A stretch of DNA of 64,000 nt from Eledone cirrhosa (GCA_964016885.1 OZ024740.1:398970001-399034000), one strand, 5' to 3'. Positions 14,128-29,591 are shown, counted from the stretch's first letter. Translations and numbers: made by a program. The notes: a model not told the origin generated them from the sequence alone.

Positions 14128-15527
14128 GTACCGCGACGATGCATTTCTCCTTATAGACTATAAAAAATTCAATATAGAAAGAACTAGAAAACTATTGCAC
14201 AAGACTTTCAAAAACTATAACCTAAGTATCACCATAGACAAAAACACTAAACACGTTAACTTCCTAGATGCCACCCTTTACCTAGACTCTAGGATATATA
14301 CACCATTCCATAAACCTAACGAAAAACTGATTTACGTAGATACCAAGTCTAACCATCCTAGATCAATATTAAACTCTATCTCTAAGGGAATATCCAATAG
14401 AATCTCTAATCTATCTTATGACGAAAACATATTTAGCAAAAACTCGCAATATTATAATCAGGCATTAGCTAGATCAGGCCATAATAAGGAGATCGAGTTC
14501 CTACCTACAAAAACACATAGTTACAACATATTTCGCACAATATGTCCATAAGGAAAAATAGTAATAAGAATAACAACCACACACACACTAATACGAAGGA
14601 TGGCAACAAACCTAACCCACACCACAGAAGTCACCATAATACCATAAACGGAAGCATCTCACCAGTCATAAAAAACAAAAATAGAAGAAGAAATAATACT
14701 TATGTCAACCCTCATTTCAATCTAAACGTCTCTACCAACCTACCTAAGGCTTTCTTCTCACTCCTGGATAAAAACTTCCCATCTGGCCACAAGTATCATA
14801 GTCTTATAAACAAAAACACAATTAAAATCTCCTACTCTACCACGCCTAACATAGCATACCACATAGCTAGTAGCAATAAAAGAAAAATTAATACTTATTT
14901 CCAACAAACTAAAACACGACAGGGGGTAAACCTTCAAAATAACATTATATCTACTAACCCTGATATCAATAGTAATAATAGTAATACCACTAGTGTAAGC
15001 AATAACACTGATAGCGAAACCCCCATAGCCATAATGCAACAACTAAAAACCAGACTTCTACACAACATAATAACCAGCAGGTTAACATCCAAAATAATTG
15101 TAACTGTAGATCTAATAGAACCTGCCCTTTAGATAAAAAATGCTTAATCAAGGATATCATATACTCATGCACCGTCATAACTAGCAACTCTTCTGAAACC
15201 TATATAGGCTCTACTTCAAACTGCTTCAAAACCAGATACAATTCGCACCTCCATTCTTTCAAAAAACATAGTCTAGCCAACTCCACTTCCCTATCTAGCT
15301 ACATACACTATCTAAAAACTAAAAATAGATCTTATACACTTAAATGGGAAATGATAGGTAAGGCGACATCGTACAAACCACCTAATAAATTTTGTAACCT
15401 CTGTCTACTAGAGACCCATACTATAATCTTCTCAAACCATAACCTCCTTAATAAAAAATCGGAAGTGTTTGCGTCGTGCCAGCACCGCTTCCGACACTCC
15501 TTCCAAAACTTTAAACCCAATATATAG
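14128..15527 (+). mobile_element. 5'-truncated Penelope-like element (Naiad/Nematis-type architecture); RT + GIY-YIG; frameshifted
   Basis: YRDD, VNFLD, KPN...SNHP; IKISYS; CNCRSNRTCPLDKKCL; IIY...TYIG; CNLCLLE...LLNKKSE...CQH; TAG at 15525-15527. Confidence 0.85.
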
Positions 15528-17028
15528 CAATGTCAGGCTTGAACCCATCACCACTTCTAGCACTACACCTCAGGGGCACACCTTACACCACAACTCCACC
15601 ATCACTGATCCACCCTATCTTAACACAGATCGTTCCACATATCTATAACTTTATACACTAGAAATATCCCCATGTACACCTACTTTTAGTATAATTACTT
15701 TCAATTACTTATAATTATATAGTGGTACAATACAGTCTATGTAAACTTTAAACACCAGATTCGATAATGGATTATTTGTGAAAATGTATTCCTATGTATG
15801 GAGTGATATCATTGGACATATATAAGATTTATTTATTAACATAAGAGATCTGTATAACCTATATGTTGAGTGCAATGAATTGTGTATGAGTGATATGTGA
15901 GTTATATATGCATGTATAACTTGATGGATGGATTAGTGACAATGTAAGTGAGAGATCCTTTTTGGTCCGCCCTAGAGATGTATTTAGCTTTGCCATGCAG
16001 TGAGCCATACGCTGCCCCAGAGCTTACCAGGGGTTATATAGACGTAGTTCTAATAGGTCCCCTGATAGGTACTGTGAGTAGACTACATTTCCAAAGATCT
16101 TTGATATAAAGATGTGGCTCTTTGTATGGAATATTCAGTTGTAGCACTCTATTATAGGGAGTAATCATCCTAATATAGATACCTTTAGTACTTCATGATA
16201 GAGTAGACTGTAATTAAAAATAGGATACCTAAAATTGGAAACTGAATATATAACCGTCTCTATAAGGGACTCAATTGAGACACCTTATAATGTATATTGG
16301 AATAATAAATTTAGTTATAGAAATCAGCTAGTTACCTCCCCTTACGCATTAACTCCCCTTAATCACACACATACTTCCGGATAATAAACCGATGTAAATT
16401 CTCGCAACAGAAACAACCTGCTCTATAAAATTGAATTAAAGAACACTGAGCTGCAGCAAGCTAAAATAATTTAATTTAATATATCAAACATCCAATGCGA
16501 AATCATCGTTAATTGTGTGAAGGATGTATAAACTATATATTACGTTTCTTGAATGTGAAAATGGTTGTGGATACAAAAACCATAACTTTCTTTTGCTTCT
16601 CCTTTATACTACTTTTCTGCACGCATACTTCTGTATCATATACAAAAAATACCTTACCACTACAACCTCCATAATACGCTTACTTACCCGCTTTAAGTGC
16701 TTCTATTACATGTAACACCCTGCCGCACAATAATCATATATAAATGAGACACACGTGCATGCCCCACGTGTAACTAACGCATAAAATAACTAAAATAACT
16801 ACTACATCTGACTAACAAACTATCCTCTTGCATTATCTATGTTAACTGCCGATTGTATTTTAATTTTGCTTTGATTTTGTTTTAATGTGATTTTGATTTT
16901 GAATTTGAATTGCTATACAGAAATATAATATAATATATGTCACTCCACAGTACATCAATATATACATATGTATCTGTATGTCTCTTGCGTTGGAAAGGAG
17001 GTCAATCATGTGTACAAACATTGAAAAA

Positions 17029-17075
17029 TGCTCCGAAGACTACAAGCCTAGATTTGGATGAAACAATTGTAAGTG
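17029..17075 (+). ncRNA. Degenerate hammerhead followed by AATAAA
   Basis: TGCT-CCGAAGA-...-GAAA-CAATTG-TA-AGTG then AATAAA at 17076-17081; U4 to C; weak stem II. Confidence 0.5.
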
Positions 17076-17271
17076 AATAAATGCTTTGAACATAGCTTTG
17101 ATTCTTGTGAATTCTATATAACTGCTCTGTAGAACAACTGATGTTATTACATTGAGCTATTTATCTTACTGGTAATAAGGTAGTAATAAATTACTGACCT
17201 TCACTGTTTAGGGTTTAAAATATATATAACTATAAAAAGTTTTAGTATATACATAACCATAAATAGTATCC

Positions 17272-17404
<133 letters not shown>

Positions 17405-17588
17405 CATATATATGTATGCAGGTGTGTGTGTGTATGTGAGAAAGGCGATGTTTGTGTTAGAAAAATTGTCTATGGACAATTACGGTATACAGTGGTGGCC
17501 ATAACTAGACCCGGAAACCTAAGGTGGCACATATGTATATATATAATTAATTTGGCTTGTATATCCCCAAAATGACATTTTGGGTTGT

Positions 17589-17630
<42 letters not shown>

Positions 17631-18645
17631 TTTTGTGTGTATAGAATAATTAATTTATTCAACCTCATATCTATGAAGTGTGTGTGTCGAATCCCACACC
17701 GAATTTTGTTAATTCACCTTGAAGATAAACTATTTCACCTTGGAGTGCTCCTAGGTCAACATATGGTTTAAAAGGCATTCTCTAATTTCATGAAAATGAA
17801 TCTTGGCAAACCATAGTGTTATTATCTATTTCTATCTTACTCTCTACGTTAATTTCGTTTAAATTACTACAAATACCTTTTTATGCGTGCTGTTATTGTT
17901 GTCCGTGAGACTTTACTTAAAATATTAAATAGAACTTTAATCTGGAAATCATTCGGTTATTCTAGAAATAATATTAGTCTCCTGAATTTTTCATAGCAAA
18001 AATATATATTTTCATAGCAAGAAATTGTTCCTCTCACTCCACATAATGTCGTAATTAATACAAGAGATGTAAACAACACTACACATATTTAAAAACGAAA
18101 AAGGAAGGGAAAGGCAAGGGCTCTAGGGATACAGAAGAATGGGCGGGTGAGGGTGATGGGCTCAGAGCCTAGGGTACGGCTTTGTTAAGGCTGCGCCCTG
18201 CGGACAAGACCGCAAAAACATTTCCGCGGACTATGGCCAGCGACACCCGCTGCAACAGCCACCCCACCACGCGGGTGTATTGAAGTTAAAATAATTACTT
18301 GATATAAATTCTGCATCGAAATGTGATAGCCACTGGTTTTGATATCAGTTTGTGTTATTGGTGTTGTGGTCGCTGTTGTTATTGCTGTTGTTGCTGCTGC
18401 CCTATTTATTCTTATAAAACCATGCCGGGGGCAAATTTACAATATGTCTATTCGATCAATCAAATACTTCAATTAACAATATCCTGTCTCGCCTTACAAA
18501 TAGCTTTGTGTCCTGACATGTTAACCGCTTTACAAACTAAGCTCACAATCCAATTTCGATCCCAGATTGGTGCCATTTTATAGCGATGTAGATTTTTTTT
18601 TATAGCTGGAAAATCTTTTATTCACAGTTGTATAAAACATATAAT

Positions 18646-18830
18646 AATATAATTGTTTCTACTTTTGGCATAAGGCCAGCAATTATACTGGTACTTTATT
18701 TTATCGACCCCGTAAGGATGAAAAGCAAAGTTAACCTCGGCGGGATTTGAACTCAGATCATAAAGGGACGTAACTCTATGCTTCAAAGCATGGTGTCCGA
18801 CTCTCTACCGATAGTGCCAAGATACGGAAC
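18646..18830 (-). mobile_element. tRNA-derived SINE (octopus OR/OK-like)
   Basis: Reverse complement has A box TGGCACTATCGG, B box GAGTTCAAATCC and the central TTTCATCCTTACGGGGTCGATAAAATAAAGTACCAGT. Confidence 0.85.
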
Positions 18831-18844
18831 GAAAACACAAACAC

Positions 18845-18948
18845 ATAATTGTTTCCACTTTTGGCACAAGGCCAGCAATTATCCCAGTGAATCACTGGTA
18901 CTTTATTGGGATAATTGCTGACCTTGTGCCAAAAGTAGAAACAATTAT
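18845..18948. repeat. Hairpin made from two inverted SINE 3' segments
   Basis: ataattgtttccacttttggcacaaggccagcaattatccca ... tgggataattgctgaccttgtgccaaaagtagaaacaattat. Confidence 0.75.
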
Positions 18949-20262
18949 ATGAGTTTGTGTTTTCGTTCTGTAACCATTGTATTATTATATGTTTTATACA
19001 ACTATTCAAAGCAGGTAATACATACATCTAGGACCAAATACAACAAAAGGGAGGCGAAAGGGGTGGGCAAACGAACCGCTGCCAGAGCAAAAGATAACAA
19101 TATCGCGATGAGCACTGGGAAACCTCTTTAATAATGTTTGAGGCAAGCCAGCACGCTCACAGCATTACCTCGGGTGATGGTGAGGCTGATGCGCTGGAAC
19201 AACCAAGCGTCCTCACGATCATCACCAGTTACCTTTTATGTTGTTTTTGTCGGTGGTGAGAATTGATATTTGTCCGTTGTTCGGTGGTTTATGTTCCTCG
19301 TGGCTTCGCTATTGTTGTTGGTTGATGGGTGATTCCGTAAATTGCTCTGCCCACCATATAAGCGCTGTGAGAAATTTGTGACTTGGCAAATGAATTGAGT
19401 GTGTGTGTCTCAGTGAGTCGAGATATATGGCTGTCGTCATCGTCATAGTCAGTGGTTGAAAGTTGAAGGCTGAAAGTAAAGCTGCCATTAACAATATCCG
19501 ATGAACAATAACAAAAATCGTTACTTTAATAATTTTTATTATGAAATAACTCACGTCGAAGCGATTGTTGATAAAACAAGAAAACAACGAAGGACCAAGT
19601 GAATTGTGTGTTATGTTTGTGTGGTTGGTTTGTATGAATGCAGTTGTAGTCTGACAAGATGCATTGAACTAACCTTCATCGAAGTACCAACCCTGTCGAG
19701 AAGGCTGGAGTGGTCTGTGTGTGTGTTTTGTTAAGCGCTACATCTCTCTACTGTTTGAGCAACTCGAAGTGATATCCTTCTCTTCCGAGAAACGAGAACG
19801 GAATGGCTTTTAACATTTTTTATCTCATTTAACCCCAAGTTGGCCAGTTTCTTCAGACTACTGGCGCCAACCCGAGATAAAGAAAAACACTACCGCATGT
19901 CGTTTAGGGGTCAGAATGTGTGGAGAGATTTCGATTAAAATTCACTTTGCATCGTCCTTAATGTGTTTTGAAATTTCTAGTGACTCTTACACGAAAGAAA
20001 TTTGAACATCATCCATGTATTCATTTGTGCGTGTGTGAGTATGTGTGCGTATGAGTATATGCATGTGTCCATGCGTGTGTGTGCGTGCTCGTGTGTTTGT
20101 GTGTGTGTGTGTGTGTGTGTATAGCAGCACTTGTTACCAATTACAGCAAGTTTAATGCTAGGATGAATGGTGTTGTGGTGTTTATTCGGTTATTGTGTGT
20201 GTACTCACTTGTGGATTGCTCAGTGATGTGGTCACTGTTCTGTAAAGTGTAGACGAAGGAAG

Positions 20263-20307
20263 ATGGATGTGCCTGCTACAGTGTTACCAGAGATTGTAGG
20301 TGTGCAA
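20263..20307 (+). CDS. Candidate first coding exon (MDVPATVLPEIVGVQ), unknown gene
   Basis: aagATGG Kozak-like context; upstream in-frame TGA at 20224; CAA|GTAAGT donor; preceded by ~1.2 kb of non-TE-looking sequence. Confidence 0.25.
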
Positions 20308-20510
20308 GTAAGTCAGTAACAGTGTTCATTATGATGATGATGATGATGATGTGATGATTCCTTGGGTAAGTGATTTACCCTGATCACATAAATAATGAAA
20401 TATATAAACCACAATAACACGGAGCCGTTATGTTACTAATTTATTTAATATAACTTTCATCGAAGTTATAACGAAAATACACGAAGAACAAATAACCACA
20501 GTTGAAGTGT

Positions 20511-23500
20511 GTAATGTAATGTATCAGGTATGACGTGTGATGTGTCGTATCAGGTATGATGTGTGATGTAACGTATCAGGTGTGATGTGTGATGTATCAG
20601 GTATGATGTGTGATGTAACGTATCAGGTATGATGTGTGATGTAATGTATCAGGTATGATGTGGGATGTAATGTATCAGGTATGATGTGTGATGTAACGTA
20701 TCAGGTATGATGTGTGATGTAACGTATCAGGTATGATGTGTGATGTGATGTATCAGGTATGATGTGTGATGTAACGTATCAGGTATGATGTGTGATGTAT
20801 CAGGTATGATGTGTGATGTATCAGGTATGATGTGTGATGTAACGTATCAGGTATGATGTGTGATGTAACGTATCAGGTATGATGTGTGATGAAATGTATC
20901 AGGTATGATGTGTGATGTAACGTATCAGGTATGATGTGTGATGTAACGTATCAGGTATGATGTGTGATGTGATGTATCAGGTATGATGTGTGATGTAACG
21001 TATCAGGTATGATGTGTGATGTATCAGGTATGATGTGTGATGTATCAGGTATGATGTGTGATGTAACGTATCAGGTATGATGTGTGATGTGATGTATCAG
21101 GTATGATGTGTGATGAAATGTATCAGGTATGATGTGTGGTGTATCAGGTATGATGTGTGATGTAACGTATCAGGTATGATGTGTGATGTATCAGGTATGA
21201 TGTGTGATGTATCAGGTATGATGTGTGATGTATCAGGTATGATGTGTGATGTGATGTATCAGGTATGATGTGGGATGTAACGTATCAGGTATGATGTGTG
21301 ATGTAACGTATCAGGTATGATGTGTGATGAAATGTATCAGGTATGATGTGTGATGTATCAGGTATGATGTGTGATGTATCAGGTATGATGTGTGATGTAA
21401 TGTATCAGGTATGGTGTGTGATGTATCAGGTATGATGTGTGATGTATCAGGTATGATGTGTGATGTGATGTATCAGGTATGATGTGTGATGTGATGTATC
21501 AGGTATGATGTGTGATGTATCAGGTATGATGTGTGATGTGATGTATCAGGTATGATGTGTGATGAAATGTATCAGGTATGATGTGTAATGTATCAGGTAT
21601 GATGTGTGATGTATCAGGTATGATGTGTGATGTAATGTATCAGGTATGATGTGTGATGTGATGTATCAGGTATGATGTGTGATGTATCAGGTATGATGTG
21701 TGATGTGATGTATCAGGTGTGATGTGTGATGTATCAGGTATGATGTGTGATGTAATGTATCAGGTATGATGTGTGATGTGATGTATCAGGTATGATGTGT
21801 GATGTAACTTATCAGGTATGATGTGTGATGTGATGTATCAGGTATGATGTGTGATGTGATGTATCAGGTATGATGTGTGGTGTATCAGGTATGATGTGTG
21901 ATGTAATGTATCAGGTATGATGTGTGATGTGATGTATCAGGTATGATGTGTGATGTGATGTATCAGGTATGATGTGTGATGTAATGTATCAGGTATGATG
22001 TGTGATGTATCAGGTATGATGTGTGATGTATCAGGTATGATGTGATGTATCAGGTATGATGTGTGATGTAATGTATCAGGTATGATGTGTGATGTGATGT
22101 ATCAGGTATGATGTGTGATGTGATGTATCAGGTATGATGTTTGATGTATTAGGTATGATGTGTGATGTGATGTATCAGGTGTGATGTGTGATGTATCAGG
22201 TATGATGTGTGATGTAATGTATCAGGTATGATGTGTGATGTGATGTATCAGGTATGATGTGTGATGTAACGTATCAGGTATGATGTGTGATGTGATGTAT
22301 CAGGTATGATGTGTGATGTGATGTATCAGGTATGATGTGTGATGTAATGTATCAGGTATGATGTGTGATGTGATGTATCAGGTATGATGTGTGATGAAAT
22401 GTATCAGGTATGATGTGTGATGTGATGTATCAGGTATGATGTGTGATGAAATGTATCAGGTATGATGTGTGATGTAATGTATCAGGTATGATGTGTGATG
22501 TAATGTATCAGGTATGATGTGTGATGAAATGTATCAGGTATGATGTGTGATGTGATGTATCAGGTATGATGTGTGATGTATCAGGTATGATGTGTGATGA
22601 AATGTATCAGGTATGATGTGTGATGTGATGTATCAGGTATGATGTGTGATGTATCAGGTATGATGTGTGATGTAATGTATCAGGTATGATGTGTGATGTG
22701 ATGTATCAGGTATGATGTGTGATGTGATGTATCAGGTATGATGTGTGATGTATCAGGTATGATGTGTGATGTTATGTATCAGGTATGATGTGTGGTGTAT
22801 CAGGTATGATGTGTGGTGTATCAGGTATGATGTGTGATGTGATGTATCAGGTATGATGTGTGATGTAATGTATCAGGTATGATGTGTGATGTGATGTATC
22901 AGGTATGATGTGTGATGTATCAGGTATGATGTGTGATGTAACATATCAGGTATGATGTGTGATGTGATGTATCAGGTATGATGTGTGATGTGATGTATCA
23001 GGTATGATGCGTGATGTGATGTATCAGGTATGATGTGTGATGTAACGTATCAGGTATGATGTGTGATGAAATGTATCAGGTATGATGTGTGATGTATGAG
23101 GTATGATGTGTGACGTTATGTATCAGGTATGATGTGTGATGTAACGTATCAGGTATGATGTGTGATGTATCAGGTATGATGTGTGATGTATCAGGTATGA
23201 TGTGTGATGTATCAGGTATGATGTGTGATGTGATGTATCAGGTATGATGTGTGATGCGATGTATCAGGTATGATGTGTGATGTATCAGGTATGATGTTTG
23301 ATGTATCAGGTATGATGTGTGATGTGATGTATCAGGTATGATGTGTGATGTATCAGGTATGATGTGTGATGTGATGTATCAGGTATGATGTGTGATGTAT
23401 CAGGTATGATGTGTGATGTAATGTATCAGGTATGATGTGTGATGTAATGTATCAGGTATGATGTGTGATGTATCAGGTATGATGTGTGATCTGATGTATC

Positions 23501-26500
23501 AGGTATGATGTGTGATGTGATGTATCAGGTATGATGTGTGATGTAACGTATCAGGTATGATGTGTGATGTAACGTATCAGGTATGATGTGTGATGTGATG
23601 TATCAGGTATGATGTGTGATGTAACGTATCAGGTATGATGTGTGATGTAACGTATCAGGTATGATGTGTGATGTGATGTATCAGGTATGATGTGTGATGT
23701 ATCAGGTATGATGTGTGATGTAACGTATCAGGTATGATGTGTGATGTATCAGGTATGATGTGTGATGTGATGTATCAGGTATGATGTGTGATGTATCAGG
23801 TATGATGTGTGATGTATCAGGTTTGATGTGTGATGTAACGTATCAGGTATGATGTGTGATGTATCAGGTATGATGTGTGATGTGATGTATCAGGTATGAT
23901 GTGTGATGTAACGTATCAGGTATGATGTGTGATGTATCAGGTATGATGTGTGATGTGATGTATCAGGTATGATGTGTGATGTGATGTATCAGGTATGATG
24001 TGTGATGTATCAGGTATGATGTGTGATGTGATGTATCAGGTATGATGTGTGATGTAACGTATCAGGTATGATGTGTGATGTATCAGGTATGATGTGTGAT
24101 GTATCAGGTATGATGTGTGATGTAACGTATCAGGTGTGATGTGTGATGTATCAGGTATGATGTGTGATGTGATGTATCAGGTATGATGTGTGATGTAATG
24201 TATCAGGTATGATGTGTGATGTAATGTATCAGGTATGATGTGTGATGTAACGTATCAGGTATGATGTGTGATGTAACGTATCAGGTATGATGTGTGATGT
24301 GATGTATCAGGTATGATGTGTGATGTAACGTATCAGGTATGATGTGTGATGTATCAGGTATGATGTGTGATGTATCAGGTATGATGTGTGATGTAACGTA
24401 TCAGGTATGATGTGTGATGTAACGTATCAGGTATGATGTGTGATGAAATGTATCAGGTATGATGTGTGATGTAACGTATCAGGTATGATGTGTGATGTAA
24501 CGTATCAGGTATGATGTGTGATGTGATGTATCAGGTATGATGTGTGATGTAACGTATCAGGTATGATGTGTGATGTATCAGGTATGATGTGTGATGTATC
24601 AGGTATGATGTGTGATGTAACGTATCAGGTATGATGTGTGATGTGATGTATCAGGTATGATGTGTGATGAAATGTATCAGGTATGATGTGTGGTGTATCA
24701 GGTATGATGTGTGATGTAACGTATCAGGTATGATGTGTGATGTATCAGGTATGATGTGTGATGTATCAGGTATGATGTGTGATGTATCAGGTATGATGTG
24801 TGATGTGATGTATCAGGTATGATGTGTGATGTAACGTATCAGGTATGATGTGTGATGTAACGTATCAGGTATGATGTGTGATGAAATGTATCAGGTATGA
24901 TGTGTGATGTATCAGGTATGATGTGTGATGTATCAGGTATGATGTGTGATGTAATGTATCAGGTATGATGTGTGATGTGATGTATCAGGTATGATGTGTG
25001 ATGTATCAGGTATGATGTGTGATGTGATGTATCAGGTATGATGTGTGATGTGATGTATCAGGTATGATGTGTGATGTATCAGGTATGATGTGTGATGTGA
25101 TGTATCAGGTATGATGTGTGATGAAATGTATCAGGTATGATGTGTAATGTATCAGGTATGATGTGTGATGTATCAGGTATGATGTGTGATGTAATGTATC
25201 AGGTATGATGTGTGATGTGATGTATCAGGTATGATGTGTGATGTATCAGGTATGATGTGTGATGTGATGTATCAGGTGTGATGTGTGATGTATCAGGTAT
25301 GATGTGTGATGTAATGTATCAGGTATGATGTGTGATGTGATGTATCAGGTATGATGTGTGATGTAACTTATCAGGTATGATGTGTGATGTGATGTATCAG
25401 GTATGATGTGTGATGTGATGTATCAGGTATGATGTGTGATGTAACTTATCAGGTATGATGTGTGATGTGATGTATCAGGTATGATGTGTGATGTGATGTA
25501 TCAGGTATGATGTGTGATGTAATGTATCAGGTATGATGTGTGATGTGATGTATCAGGTATGATGTGTGATGTGATGTATCAGGTATGATGTGTGATGTAA
25601 TGTATCAGGTATGATGTGTGATGTATCAGGTATGATGTGTGATGTATCAGGTATGATGTGATGTATCAGGTATGATGTGTGATGTAATGTATCAGGTATG
25701 ATGTGTGATGTGATGTATCAGGTATGATGTGTGATGTATCAGGTATGATGTGTGATGTGATGTATCAGGTGTGATGTGTGATGTATCAGGTATGATGTGT
25801 GATGTAATGTATCAGGTATGATGTGTGATGTGATGTATCAGGTATGATGTGTGATGTGATGTATCAGGTATGATGTTTGATGTATTAGGTATGATGTGTG
25901 ATGTGATGTATCAGGTGTGATGTGTGATGTATCAGGTATGATGTGTGATGTAATGTATCAGGTATGATGTGTGATGTATCAGGTATGATGTGTGATGTAA
26001 TGTATCAGGTATGATGTGTGATGTAATGTATCAGGTATGATGTGTGATGTATCAGGTATGATGTGTGATCTGATGTATCAGGTATGATGTGTGATGTGAT
26101 GTATCAGGTATGATGTGTGATGTAACGTATCAGGTATGATGTGTGATGTAACGTATCAGGTATGATGTGTGATGTGATGTATCAGGTATGATGTGTGATG
26201 TAACGTATCAGGTATGATGTGTGATGTAACGTATCAGGTATGATGTGTGATGTGATGTATCAGGTATGATGTGTGATGTATCAGGTATGATGTGTGATGT
26301 AACGTATCAGGTATGATGTGTGATGTATCAGGTATGATGTGTGATGTGATGTATCAGGTATGATGTGTGATGTATCAGGTATGATGTGTGATGTATCAGG
26401 TTTGATGTGTGATGTAACGTATCAGGTATGATGTGTGATGTATCAGGTATGATGTGTGATGTGATGTATCAGGTATGATGTGTGATGTATCGTATCAGGT

Positions 26501-29490
26501 ATGATGTGTGATGTATCAGGTATGATGTGTGATGTGATGTATCAGGTATGATGTGTGATGTGATGTATCAGGTATGATGTGTGATGTATCAGGTATGATG
26601 TGTGATGTGATGTATCAGGTATGATGTGTGATGTAACGTATCAGGTATGATGTGTGATGTATCAGGTATGATGTGTGATGTATCAGGTATGATGTGTGAT
26701 GTAACGTATCAGGTGTGATGTGTGATGTATCAGGTATGATGTGTGATGTGATGTATCAGGTATGATGTGTGATGTAATGTATCAGGTATGATGTGTGATG
26801 TAATGTATCAGGTATGATGTGTGATGTAACGTATCAGGTATGATGTGTGATGTAACGTATCAGGTATGATGTGTGATGTGATGTATCAGGTATGATGTGT
26901 GATGTAACGTATCAGGTATGATGTGTGATGTATCAGGTATGATGTGTGATGTATCAGGTATGATGTGTGATGTAACGTATCAGGTATGATGTGTGATGTA
27001 ACGTATCAGGTATGATGTGTGATGAAATGTATCAGGTATGATGTGTGATGTAACGTATCAGGTATGATGTGTGATGTAACGTATCAGGTATGATGTGTGA
27101 TGTGATGTATCAGGTATGATGTGTGATGTAACGTATCAGGTATGATGTGTGATGTATCAGGTATGATGTGTGATGTATCAGGTATGATGTGTGATGTAAC
27201 GTATCAGGTATGATGTGTGATGTGATGTATCAGGTATGATGTGTGATGAAATGTATCAGGTATGATGTGTGGTGTATCAGGTATGATGTGTGATGTAACG
27301 TATCAGGTATGATGTGTGATGTATCAGGTATGATGTGTGATGTATCAGGTATGATGTGTGATGTATCAGGTATGATGTGTGATGTGATGTATCAGGTATG
27401 ATGTGTGATGTGATGTATCAGGTATGATGTGTGATGTATCAGGTATGATGTGTGATGTGATGTATCAGGTATGATGTGTGATGTGATGTATCAGGTATGA
27501 TGTGTGATGTATCAGGTATGATGTGTGATGTGATGTATCAGGTATGATGTGTGATGAAATGTATCAGGTATGATGTGTAATGTATCAGGTATGATGTGTG
27601 ATGTATCAGGTATGATGTGTGATGTAATGTATCAGGTATGATGTGTGATGTGATGTATCAGGTATGATGTGTGATGTATCAGGTATGATGTGTGATGTGA
27701 TGTATCAGGTATGATGTGTGATGTATCAGGTATGATGTGTGATGTATCAGGTATGATGTGTGATGTGATGTATCAGGTATGATGTGTGATGTGATGTATC
27801 AGGTATGATATGTGATGTATCAGGTATGATGTGTGATGTGATGTATCAGGTATGATGTGTGATGAAATGTATCAGGTATGATGTGTGATGTGATGTATCA
27901 GGTATGATGTGTGATGTATCAGGTATGATGTGTGATGTAATGTATCAGGTATGATGTGTGATGTGATGTATCAGGTATGATGTGGGATGTAATGTATCAG
28001 GTATGATGTGTGATGTGATGTATCAGGTATGATGTGTGATGTATCAGGTATGATGTGTGATGTGATGTATCAGGTATGATGTGTGATGTAACGTATCAGG
28101 TATGATGTGGGATGTATCAGGTATGATGTGTGATGTATCAGGTATGATGTGTGATGTGATGTATCAGGTATGATGTGTGATGTGATGTATCAGGTATGAT
28201 GTGTGATGTAATGTATCAGGTATGATGTGTGATGTATCAGGTATGATGTGTGATGTGATGTATCAGGTATGATGTGTGATGTGATGTATCAGGTATGATG
28301 TGATGTATCAGGTATGATGTGTGGTGTATCAGGTATGATGTGTGATGTGATGTATCATGTATGATGTGTGATGTGATGTATCAGGTATGATGTGTGATGC
28401 AACGTATCAGGTATAATGTGTGATGTGATGTATCAGGTATGATGTGTGATGTATCAAGTATGATGTGTGATGTGATGTATCAGGTATGATGTTTGATGTA
28501 TCAGGTATGATGTGTGATGTGATGTATCAGGTATGATGTGTGATGTGATGTATCAGGTATGATGTGTGATGTAACGTATCAGGTATGATGTGTGATGTGA
28601 TGTATCAGGTATGATGTGTGATGTATCAGGTATGATGTGTGATGTGATGTATCAGGTATGATGTGTGATGTGATGTATCAGGTATGATGTGTGATGTAAT
28701 GTATCAGGTATGATGTGTGATGTATCAGGTATGATGTGGGATGTATCAGGTATGATGTGTGATGTGATGTATCAGGTATGATGTGTGATGTGATGTATCA
28801 GGTATGATGTGTGATGTAACGTATCAGGTATGATGTGTGATGTGATGTATCAGGTATGATGTGTGATGTATCAGGTATGATGTGTGATGTGATGTATCAG
28901 GTATGATGTGTGATGTGATGTATCAGGTATGATGTGTGATGTAATGTATCAGGTATGATGTGTGATGTATCAGGTATGATGTGGGATGTATCAGGTATGA
29001 TGTGTGATGTGATGTATCAGGTATGATGTGTGATGTGATGTATCAGGTATGATGTGTGATGTAATGTATCAGGTATGATGTGAAATGTATCAGGTATGAT
29101 GTGTGATGTATCAAGTATGATGTGTGATGTGATGTATCAGGTATGATGTTTGATGTATCAGGTATGATGTGTGATGTGATGTATCAGGTATGATGTGTGA
29201 TGTGATGTATCAGGTATGATGTGTGATGTATCAAGTATGATGTGTGATGTGATGTATCAGGTATGATGTGTGATGTAATGTATCAGGTATGATGTGTGAT
29301 GTGATGTATCAGGTATGATGTGATGTATCAGGTATGATGTGTGATGTAATGTATCAGGTATGATGTGTGATGTAATGTATCAGGTATGATGTGTGGTGTA
29401 TCAGGTATGATGTGTGATGTGATGTATCAGGTATGATGTGTGGTGTATCAGGTATTATGTGTGATGTGATGTATCAGGTATGATGTGTGT
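20511..29490. repeat. ~9-kb minisatellite; 21-bp core GTATCAGGTATGATGTGTGAT with optional 5-bp insert (GTAAC/GTGAT/GTAAT/GAAAT)
   Basis: Direct inspection; rare variants recur at 2579-bp spacing. Confidence 0.97.
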
Positions 29491-29559
29491 TTGCTTGCAA
29501 AGGTATTAAAAATGTATTTACTAAACTTCTGTTGGTGGGATGAATTTCCCTGGCCTGGC

Positions 29560-29591
<32 letters not shown>

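Noticed and set aside
18110-18280. Short GC-rich island with small hairpins
   Set aside because: No recognisable RNA family or TE terminus; cannot be assigned.
19862-19874. TGGCGCC primer-binding-site-like motif
   Set aside because: No flanking LTR pair and no gag/pol remnants seen.
20511-29490. CRISPR-like appearance of regular repeats
   Set aside because: No unique spacers and no cas genes; it is a eukaryotic tandem satellite.
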